11,911 nucleotides of DNA from Herpetosiphon llansteffanensis (GTDB lineage: Bacteria; Chloroflexota; Chloroflexia; Chloroflexales; Herpetosiphonaceae): NCBI RefSeq assembly GCF_003205875.1, contig NZ_PUBZ01000089.1, positions 64,001 through 75,911 of the forward strand, read 5' to 3'. Each line of letters begins with the position of its first letter. Positions within the stretch are counted from its first letter, which is position 1. The notes under the pieces were generated by a model. The model made no database searches and had not been told where the DNA came from. It saw only the letters and a list, made by a program, of their open reading frames with translations. The translations under genes and the position numbers were made by a program. Below, one piece after another: positions 1 to 6,223 of this stretch.

Positions 1-1
1 C

Positions 2-283
2 AGTGCCAGCGATTTTAGCAGTTTTGCCCGCGATTATAGAGCCAATGGCCAAGCCTTACCACTCTCTACCCACTACGCCAGCGTTGGCATTGACGGCATG
101 AATGTGCTCTACTATCAATGGGCCAGCTTTGTCGATTATTTGATTAACAGTTATGGCCGCGAAGCCTTCGATCAATTGTATATTTCTGGCGGCGAGCGTC
201 AGCCTGGCGCGGCAAACTACGCTGCAATCTACAATCGTTCCTTTGGTTTGTTAGAGGCCGAATGGCAGCAAACACTCGATTAG
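2..283 (+). CDS. 3' end of a protein-coding gene that starts upstream of the window (hypothetical protein, no family recognised)
   Basis: The reading frame is open from position 2 with no stop until TAG at 281-283, and the ORF-track fragment 98..283 is its in-frame tail. Composition is protein-like. lgt starts 42 nt downstream on the same strand. Confidence 0.4.
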   Translation, partial: SASDFSSFARDYRANGQALPLSTHYASVGIDGMNVLYYQWASFVDYLINSYGREAFDQLYISGGERQPGAANYAAIYNRSFGLLEAEWQQTLD

Positions 284-325
284 GCCGTGCTACAATGGCC
301 CAAGCAATTGTTCTAAGGAGAGTCT

Positions 326-1228
326 ATGCAACCGCCGTTTGGTCCGAATTTGCTTGAATTAGGCCCGATTATTATTCGAATGTATGCGATTGCCATTTTG
401 AGTGGCGCGATGATGGGTGGCTGGTTGGGTGCGTATCGCGCGCGCGCTCGTGGCTACAACCCCAATATCGTTTGGGATTGGTTGATCGTTGGCTTGATTT
501 TGGGCGTTGCCGGGGGGCGAATTTGGTACGTCGCCTCGTCGTGGCCCCAATATCGCGATGGCCCGTTCATCGATATGATCAACACCACCAAAGGCGGGCT
601 GGCAATTCACGGCGCAATCGTTGGGGCAGTATTGACGGTGATCATCGCCTCGTGGCGCACCAAAACCAATGCCCTAACATGGATGGACATAATGGCTCCA
701 TGTTTGAGCGTTGGCCAAGCCATCGGGCGTTGGGGCAATTTTTTCAATAACGAAGCCTATGGTGGCCCAGTTAATAATGGCTTGCCTTGGAACCTGAACA
801 TTCCCGCGCAATATCGGATTCGTGGCACCGAACAATATGATGCAGCAACCCGCTTCCACCCAACCTTTCTCTATGAATCATTCTGGAATTTGGGTGTGTT
901 GTTCGCAATTATTTTCCTTGAACGACGCTTCCGTGGCCGCTTGCGCAACGGCGATTCATTGCTGATCTACGGCGTGCTCTATTCAATTGGCCGCTTCTGG
1001 ATCGAAGATCTGCGGGTCGACAAACTGTGTACTGGTGGCGTTGGCGGCGCTGCATGTGGCGATAGCCTTTCAACCGCCCGTTTAACCAGCATTGTTTTGA
1101 TTGTTGGTTGTAGCAGTTTGTTTGTGTTGCGCCGTGCCTTGCAGCGCCGACCACCAGCCAGCAGCTACCAACAATGGGACAACCCTTGGCAACCAGAGCC
1201 AAGCGAACCAGCCAACGCAGCCGCTTAA
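326..1228 (+). CDS. lgt: Prolipoprotein diacylglyceryl transferase (Lgt)
   Basis: The 300-aa polytopic membrane protein carries the Lgt signature region GQAIGRWGNFFNNEAYGGP (G-x-W-G-N-x-F-N-x-E) and the conserved Y/R-rich hydrophobic helices. An AGGAG RBS at 316-320 sits 5 nt before the ATG at 326. The gene ends at TAA 1226-1228. Confidence 0.9.
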   Translation: MQPPFGPNLLELGPIIIRMYAIAILSGAMMGGWLGAYRARARGYNPNIVWDWLIVGLILGVAGGRIWYVASSWPQYRDGPFIDMINTTKGGLAIHGAIVGAVLTVIIASWRTKTNALTWMDIMAPCLSVGQAIGRWGNFFNNEAYGGPVNNGLPWNLNIPAQYRIRGTEQYDAATRFHPTFLYESFWNLGVLFAIIFLERRFRGRLRNGDSLLIYGVLYSIGRFWIEDLRVDKLCTGGVGGAACGDSLSTARLTSIVLIVGCSSLFVLRRALQRRPPASSYQQWDNPWQPEPSEPANAAA

Positions 1229-1232
1229 TTAC

Positions 1233-1268
1233 AAAAGAGCTTGGGGTTGCTGCCTCAAGCTCTTTTTT
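1233..1268 (+). terminator. Rho-independent terminator (or attenuator) after lgt
   Basis: Stem AGAGCTTG (1236-1243) pairs with CAAGCTCT (1256-1263). Flanking A/T base pairs and an inner GG/CC extension lengthen the stem. A T-tract TTTTT follows at 1264-1268. The hairpin begins 5 nt after the lgt stop. Confidence 0.6.
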
Positions 1269-1362
1269 CGCAACAATCAACCCCTAAACCACGTACCTTT
1301 TGCAAGATTTTCTCCCAATTCTGGCCATTTTCAGCAATGTTCTTTTTGAGAAAGGGCTTATT

Positions 1363-2742
1363 ATGTTTGGCGTTTTGCGTGGGTGCTCGCCGCACCTCGA
1401 TCAATCGACCCATGCCGCTTGGTGGAGCCATATTTGTGGCATGTGCCTCACCTTGCGCGACCAGCACGGCCAAGTTGCGCGCATCACCACGAATTACGAT
1501 GCAGCCTTGCTTTCGGCCTTGTACGAAGCGCAACGCCCTGAACAAGGCGCACGCCGCACCAGTGTTTGTGCCTTGCGCAGCTTTCGAGCGCTCGATGTAG
1601 TTGCTGCTGATGATCATGGGTCGCGCTATGCAGCAGCGGTCAGTTTGCTGATGGCAGCAATTCGGCTACGCGATAATGTGGCCGACCGCGATGGCTGGGC
1701 TGGCAAGGTTCCCTTCGTCGCCAATGGCGTAGCCAAACGCTGGGATAAGCAGGCAGAACAAACTGCCCGTGAATTAGGCTTCGAGCCAGCCTTGCTGCGC
1801 GAACAAGCAGTTGCCCAAGCAGCAGTTGAAGCCTTGCCGAACGCCGATTTTTGCACCTACTCGGCTCCAACCGAGGCCGCTGTCGGCGCAGCCTTTCGGC
1901 ATACCGCGATTTTGGCCAACCAACCAAGCAATGCCGAGCCGCTTGAGCAAATGGGCCGCATGTATGGCCGTATGATGTTGCTGCTCGATAGCTATGGCGA
2001 TTTTGCCGAAGATCAAGCGCGTGGCCATTTTAATGCGCTGGCTGCTACGCCCCAAGCTGAATTGCGCACCGCGGCACATAAAATTTTCAATGATGCATTG
2101 GCAACCTTGCGCCAACACTGGCAACGCTTAACCCTTTTGCAAGCCCATTTGGTTGAGGTGCTATTGCTGAATATGTTGCCAGCAATTGGATCAAAGGCCT
2201 TTGGGGCCTGCAAGCGCCATAGTTTGGCCTGCGCGACAGCCTTGCCGATTGCAGCGGCATTAATTCCAGCCATGGCCAGCGATTACGATGACGATCCATC
2301 GCGCCGCGACCCCAACCGCGCCTACACTGGGCCAACGCGGGCGCTCAAACCCCACGAAAACCCAGAGTACCAAGGCCAATACCCGCAACAACCACCTTAT
2401 CAAGGCCAACAATATCCATCGCAATATCCGCCGCAGTACAATCCAAATGATCCCACGATGTTACCACCAGGCACGTTGCCGCCTGCAAGCTCGCATCCTG
2501 CGCCGCAAGGCCATTATCAAGATAGCAAGCGTGATGTGGCGTTAGGTGCGGCCTTGTGTTGCTGCCAAAGCCGCCGCCATTCGCATCGCTCACGCAGCCG
2601 CTGTTGTGATAGCGATTGCTGTGATTGTTGTCAGTGTTCATGTTTATGTTGCGATGTAACCGATGCCTGTGAAGGCGGCTGTGGCTGTTGCGAATGCGGG
2701 AGTTGCTGCGAATGTGGCGATTGCTGTAGCTGCGATTGTTAA
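1363..2742 (+). CDS. Cysteine-tailed protein of unknown function: N-terminal Cys/His cluster domain, a Q/P/Y-rich linker and a 61-aa, 25-Cys metallothionein-like tail
   Basis: The ORF is 1.38 kb and continuous. The ATG at 1363 is preceded by GAGAAAGGG with a 6-nt spacer. The track's upstream ATG at 1300 has no SD and lies 32 nt after the terminator, so I rejected it. The N-terminus MFGVLRGCSPHLDQSTHAAWWSHICGMCLTL has Cys8, His11, His17, His23, Cys25 and Cys28. From memory only, this resembles an actinobacterial conserved-hypothetical family (possibly DUF5685). Residues ~330-390 read NPEYQGQYPQQPPYQGQQYPSQYPPQYNPNDP and look disordered. The last 61 residues, CCCQSRRHSHRSRSRCCDSDCCDCCQCSCLCCDVTDACEGGCGCCECGSCCECGDCCSCDC, contain 25 Cys mixed with Asp/Glu. 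There is no signal peptide or TM segment, so the protein is predicted cytoplasmic. Confidence 0.75.
   Translation: MFGVLRGCSPHLDQSTHAAWWSHICGMCLTLRDQHGQVARITTNYDAALLSALYEAQRPEQGARRTSVCALRSFRALDVVAADDHGSRYAAAVSLLMAAIRLRDNVADRDGWAGKVPFVANGVAKRWDKQAEQTARELGFEPALLREQAVAQAAVEALPNADFCTYSAPTEAAVGAAFRHTAILANQPSNAEPLEQMGRMYGRMMLLLDSYGDFAEDQARGHFNALAATPQAELRTAAHKIFNDALATLRQHWQRLTLLQAHLVEVLLLNMLPAIGSKAFGACKRHSLACATALPIAAALIPAMASDYDDDPSRRDPNRAYTGPTRALKPHENPEYQGQYPQQPPYQGQQYPSQYPPQYNPNDPTMLPPGTLPPASSHPAPQGHYQDSKRDVALGAALCCCQSRRHSHRSRSRCCDSDCCDCCQCSCLCCDVTDACEGGCGCCECGSCCECGDCCSCDC
2557..2739 (+). repeat. Low-complexity TGT/TGC (Cys-codon)-rich quasi-repeat DNA that encodes the poly-Cys tail
   Basis: Short units recur imperfectly in-frame, for example GATTGCTGT, GTTGCTGCGAATG and TGCGAATG(C/T)GG; compare GTTGCGAATGCGG with GCTGCGAATGTGG. 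This is a potential slippage substrate. Confidence 0.55.
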
Positions 2743-2750
2743 AATGCAAA

Positions 2751-2781
2751 CCCCGCCATGCGTCTAGGCTGCATGGCGGGG
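2751..2781. terminator. Bidirectional intrinsic terminator between the convergent genes 1363-2742 (+) and DoxX (-)
   Basis: The perfect inverted repeat CCCCGCCATGC (2751-2761) / GCATGGCGGGG (2771-2781) encloses a 9-nt loop. On the + strand TGTGTTTATCTG follows. On the - strand TTTGCATTTTAACAA follows. Confidence 0.65.
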
Positions 2782-2805
2782 TCGCTGTGTTTATCTGTAA
2801 GTTTT

Positions 2806-3258
2806 TTAGGCGCGAGCAGTAATTTGGCGGCCGGTCAAGCGTGGGCTGAGCAAGTTGTCCAGCGCCAATGAGCCTGAACCAAGCAAGACCAAGGCAAGGC
2901 TTGCCCCAATCAAAGCCAACACATATTCGTAGCCACCATTTTGTGATGAGAAACCATTTTCCAAGTGCACGGTTACCAAAGCCACAACCATGGCAATTGC
3001 TTCAGCCACTGCGACATAGCGCGTAAAGAGGCCGAGAATCAACATAATCCCGCCAATGAGTTCGGTCGCAATCAACAAAATCGCCATGAAATAAGGGGCT
3101 GGAATGCCAAGGCTGCCAAGGAACCCAGAAGTTCCATCAAGCCCACCTTCGCCAGTGAACTTATCCCAACCGTGCATAAAGAAAATAAAACCAACCACAA
3201 TTCGCAAAATAGCGATCCCAAACCCTGGCTTATCGAGTAATTTATTGATACTTGCCAT
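2806..3258 (-). CDS. DoxX-family integral membrane protein
   Basis: The 150-aa protein has four predicted TM helices and the DoxX-type N-terminus LRIVVGFIFFMHGWDKF. An AGGAG site (complement of 3268-3272) lies 9 nt upstream of the ATG, which is the complement of 3256-3258. Confidence 0.85.
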   Translation of the reverse strand: MASINKLLDKPGFGIAILRIVVGFIFFMHGWDKFTGEGGLDGTSGFLGSLGIPAPYFMAILLIATELIGGIMLILGLFTRYVAVAEAIAMVVALVTVHLENGFSSQNGGYEYVLALIGASLALVLLGSGSLALDNLLSPRLTGRQITARA

Positions 3259-3463
3259 GACCGTGTGCTCCTTTCAAGCAAAGGTGAATTTCAAACCTCG
3301 GCCACTATAAAGCTAGATAGTCCGAAACAACGTCCTTGCTCACGTCCCAAAGGTCAATAAAAGATTAATAAACGATGAAGTTGGGATGAAGATTGCTGAG
3401 AAACTTAGCTAACAAACTTAATTTTAGCCAAACGACGCATAAACATGGGCAAACAAGCTACAT

Positions 3464-3500
3464 AAAAAGCCCCTCGCACGCTAGGCATGCGAGGGGCTTT
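3464..3500. terminator. Intrinsic terminator serving the minus-strand FTR1 gene; also hairpin-competent on the + strand
   Basis: An A5 run (3464-3468) precedes the stem GCCCCTCGCA (3469-3478), a 9-nt loop, the stem TGCGAGGGGC (3488-3497) and TTT. On the minus-strand RNA the 10-13 bp GC-rich stem is followed by UUUUUAU. It sits 116 nt downstream of the stop at 3616. Confidence 0.6.
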
Positions 3501-3565
3501 AACCCCATGATTGTACCGCAATATGTTGATACATAATGGTCGGCTCCCCCTCGCCCGCGTTCAGT

Positions 3566-3590
3566 GGGAGAGGGGGTTGAGGGTGAGGGG
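3566..3590 (+). other. Canonical G-quadruplex-forming motif (G3+N3G5N4G3N3G4) in the 3' flank of the FTR1 gene
   Basis: The sequence is GGGAGAGGGGGTTGAGGGTGAGGGG, with four G-tracts of 3 or more separated by loops of 3, 4 and 3 nt. A complementary C-tract, CTCCCCCTCGCC, lies at 3544-3555. Confidence 0.4.
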
Positions 3591-3615
3591 ACGTTTGACT
3601 ATAACTCTAAATTAT

Positions 3616-5946
3616 TTACTTGGCAGTGGCACTTTGGCGTTTAACCGCAACATCGGTTTTGCGATGTTGCAAGTGTTCGGCAATCACATACGAGCCAATC
3701 ACGAAGGCCGCAGCTGCCACTTGCGAGGCAATGCCTTCCCACGTTGCGTAGAAGCCCAGCCACATATTGGCCCAATAGGGAATTTCGAGGCTGCGAATTG
3801 GGTGCAATGGCATCCAGCCAACCAATTGCATAATGTGGACCGTGTTGCCAACCATAATCAGCAGCACCGCGCCAATCATCACACCAGTAACGATCAGCAT
3901 CTTCTTATGCGGTAATTTTGCTTGCAAACCAAAGACCAGCACGCCAACCAAGGCCGTGCCGCCAAGCCCCAGTGCCACCCCACCAAGCACCACTTGGGTG
4001 CTGGCTTCGAGCACCAGCGCTTGCAAAAAGAGCACGGTTTCAACGCCTTCGCGATAGATGCTGGTAAAGCCCAAGGTGATCAAGCCCAGCCAAAGCCCAG
4101 CTTTGCCGCCGATAATTCGGCGTTTTTGGGCATGGAAATTGGCCATCCAGCCAGTCCAATAAACTTTGTGAAAAAACCAGTTGGTGATCAACAGCAACAC
4201 ACCAATCGCAATCAACGAAACAATCGCCTCGATCTTTTCTTGATCGCCACGGCGAATTAGTTCATTGATTAGGCCACGTGCCAACATCCAGGTTAGGGCT
4301 GTAGCAACCATAGCGAGGGCTGCGCCAATCCAAATTGGCTTGCGATAGCTGCGTTGTTCGCCAATTTTGAGGCTGGCGAGCAGCGAGGCCAAAATCAACA
4401 CAGCTTCTAAGCCTTCACGGAACACAATCACCGCAGCGCTGGTTGCCACAGCTTCTGGCGTGCTGGAGCCGCCAAGGGCATCTTGCGCCAAATCAAGTTG
4501 TTTATCCAAGGCTTGACGGCTGGCACGAATGTCGCTCAACGACGCTTTTTGGCGAATCAACTCGGCAAGGCCAGTAAATTCGTCTTTGCCATACCAAAAG
4601 AGATTTTCAATTGGGGCTTTGTATTCTGGCGCAAACACAATCAAACGTGCTTCTGGGCCAGATTCGAGCACAGCGTAGGCTTCCAAACGCGCCGATTCAG
4701 CCAGATCGTATTGATCGCCAGCAACCGCATTTTCCATCTGATCAAGCATTGAATCGATCACATCGAAATCGCCTTCGAGGCTCGATTTTTGCCACTCGGC
4801 GGGCATAATTGAGGCCAAGGTTGTGGTAATACTATCGACTTTGGCTTGCACTGCATCAGGATCGGCAACGCTGGTACGTTGGGCCGCAGCAGTCAAAATC
4901 GTTTCAAGATCGCGCAACTCGCCAGCAACTTGCTGGGTTTTGGTCGCATCAATTTCGACCAACAAGCTTTCGAGGTCGCTAAATGCAGCAGCAGCGCCAT
5001 TGCGGAAGGTCGTGGCTTCTTGAATTTCGAGATCAAGCGTTACTTGGCCGTTGCGCACGCCACGTTCATATTCAACTGGCACGAGGCTCAAGAATCGGCG
5101 CAATTGACCAGCACGGCGCACTTGCTCTGATGGGCTTAGTGGAGCTGCGCGAAAGCCGCTGAGCGAGCCTTCAAAGGTCGTAATTGCCGTTTCAAGGTTG
5201 GCGTTGCTCAGCGCTGCTTCGCGCAAGGCTTGGGCATTGGTTAATGCACTATCAGCCTTATCAGGGTATTGCCCACGATACGCTGGCTCTAAAATATTAA
5301 AATAGCCTTGAATTGCCGCGCCGGCCTCTGCTTGTTGAATGCGATTACCTTTTTGGGCGGCGCTGCGCAGAGTACGCAAACTTTCGTTAAGTTTGGCTTG
5401 GTAGGTATCCAACAAATCTGCATCGAGCGCAATGCGGGCATCGGCGGCGCTATAGGCTGCTTGTTTCCATTGCTCGATGGCGCGGGCTGCATCGCCGTTG
5501 GGGCGTGAAAAGCGCGTTGCATTGCGAAACTCGCGCACTGGCAGCCATTGCAAGGCTTGTTCTGGCTTGCCTGTATCGATTGATTGGCCAACGATGCCAT
5601 AGCTGGCTTTGAGCAAATCGATCCAGAGCAACGATCGCTGTTGAGCAAATGCCGCAACATCGTTGGCTTCCAAGGCTTTGGTTAAATCTGCCCAGCGCGT
5701 GGCGATTGTGCTCGCCTGTTGGGGAGCCAAGCTGGTCAAATCTTTGGCGAGGGCTTGATCATACAAGGCTTGGGCTTCGCTGACTAAACGTTTGGCGTTG
5801 GCAGCATCAGTTGTGAGCGATAATTGGGCTTGCACCAACAACGAACGCACCGATTCGCTGGCTTGGGCTGGTGATGGTTCGGCTGCCATGGCAGACCATG
5901 GCAATAAGGCAACGACCAACGCCAGCAAAAAACGACGCAACCACAT
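3616..5946 (-). CDS. FTR1/EfeU-family high-affinity iron permease fused to an N-terminal signal peptide and a ~490-aa extracytoplasmic helical domain
   Basis: The C-terminal ~270 aa has 7 predicted TM helices. REGLE lies in TM1 (encoded at 4405-4419) and REGVE in TM4, which is the FTR1 family's twin RExxE signature. I chose the start at 5946 (MWLRRFLLALVVALLPWSAMA|AEP, a signal peptide) because AGGAG lies 5 nt upstream. The track ORF extends to 6129, but that upstream stretch has no SD and overlaps stem-loops. The N-domain is Ala/Gln/Leu-rich and all-helical. Its C-terminal part (AEWQKSSLEGD ... PIENLFWYGKDEF) resembles the neighbouring lipoprotein (AAWLKSSPTYEQMEG ... PGNLFGVTESTLWG). Confidence 0.8.
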   Translation of the reverse strand: MWLRRFLLALVVALLPWSAMAAEPSPAQASESVRSLLVQAQLSLTTDAANAKRLVSEAQALYDQALAKDLTSLAPQQASTIATRWADLTKALEANDVAAFAQQRSLLWIDLLKASYGIVGQSIDTGKPEQALQWLPVREFRNATRFSRPNGDAARAIEQWKQAAYSAADARIALDADLLDTYQAKLNESLRTLRSAAQKGNRIQQAEAGAAIQGYFNILEPAYRGQYPDKADSALTNAQALREAALSNANLETAITTFEGSLSGFRAAPLSPSEQVRRAGQLRRFLSLVPVEYERGVRNGQVTLDLEIQEATTFRNGAAAAFSDLESLLVEIDATKTQQVAGELRDLETILTAAAQRTSVADPDAVQAKVDSITTTLASIMPAEWQKSSLEGDFDVIDSMLDQMENAVAGDQYDLAESARLEAYAVLESGPEARLIVFAPEYKAPIENLFWYGKDEFTGLAELIRQKASLSDIRASRQALDKQLDLAQDALGGSSTPEAVATSAAVIVFREGLEAVLILASLLASLKIGEQRSYRKPIWIGAALAMVATALTWMLARGLINELIRRGDQEKIEAIVSLIAIGVLLLITNWFFHKVYWTGWMANFHAQKRRIIGGKAGLWLGLITLGFTSIYREGVETVLFLQALVLEASTQVVLGGVALGLGGTALVGVLVFGLQAKLPHKKMLIVTGVMIGAVLLIMVGNTVHIMQLVGWMPLHPIRSLEIPYWANMWLGFYATWEGIASQVAAAAFVIGSYVIAEHLQHRKTDVAVKRQSATAK

Positions 5947-6010
5947 ACAAGCTCCTAAAATTGTGGTTTGCTGCTCCTCACAATGAGCAACAGCAAAATA
6001 AACCGACAAA

Positions 6011-6042
6011 GGACGTGAACTGTATGCCAACAGTTCACGCCC
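6011..6042 (-). terminator. Terminator/attenuator-like hairpin inside the 277-nt spacer between the lipoprotein and permease genes
   Basis: GGACGTGAACTG (6011-6022) pairs with CAGTTCACGCCC (6031-6042), giving a 9-bp perfect core plus 2 bp after one mismatch. On the minus-strand RNA it is followed by UUUGUCGGUUUAUUUUGCUG. Confidence 0.45.
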
Positions 6043-6223
6043 TTTGCTGCTTAAGTTTTGTGATGGAGGGACGCACACCCAAACTCCATCGACCTTGCTC
6101 CGTCGCAACTTCTTTCTCATTGATCGCATAGGTATAACTGTGATACAAGCAGTATACCTATTTTGGTTCGATTTGCGAATCAGTTCGTGAACCGATTTTT
6201 AGCCTAATCCTGTGTTTTTTTGC

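Noticed and set aside
909-1280. Minus-strand 123-aa ORF antisense to the 3' end of lgt
   Set aside because: It is an antisense shadow ORF inside a confidently assigned gene.
1300-1362. Alternative upstream ATG for the Cys-tail protein at 1300
   Set aside because: It lies 32 nt after the lgt terminator and has no SD. The ATG at 1363 follows GAGAAAGGG and begins the conserved-looking MFGVLRGC motif.
1341-1365. Shared 11-mer TTGAGAAAGG upstream of two unrelated start codons (1346-1356 and 7548-7558)
   Set aside because: It is most simply two similar SD-containing contexts (GAGAAAGG). Two copies do not establish a regulatory motif.
2345-2749. Minus-strand 134-aa ORF antisense to the poly-Cys tail (H/R/N/S-rich)
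   Set aside because: It is a complement-frame artefact of the TGT/TGC repeat. It is low-complexity and has no RBS.
3511-3915. Plus-strand 134-aa ORF overlapping the 3' end of the FTR1 gene
   Set aside because: It is antisense to a well-supported membrane-protein gene and has no RBS. It starts inside the terminator/G-rich region, and its His/Asn/Arg-rich composition is typical of out-of-frame translation.
5947-6129. Track ORF extends the FTR1 permease N-terminus by 61 codons to 6129 (MRSMRKKLRR...)
   Set aside because: No SD precedes it. The added residues do not look protein-like. The region contains stem-loops and a terminator-like hairpin. A strong AGGAG plus a textbook signal peptide begins at 5946.
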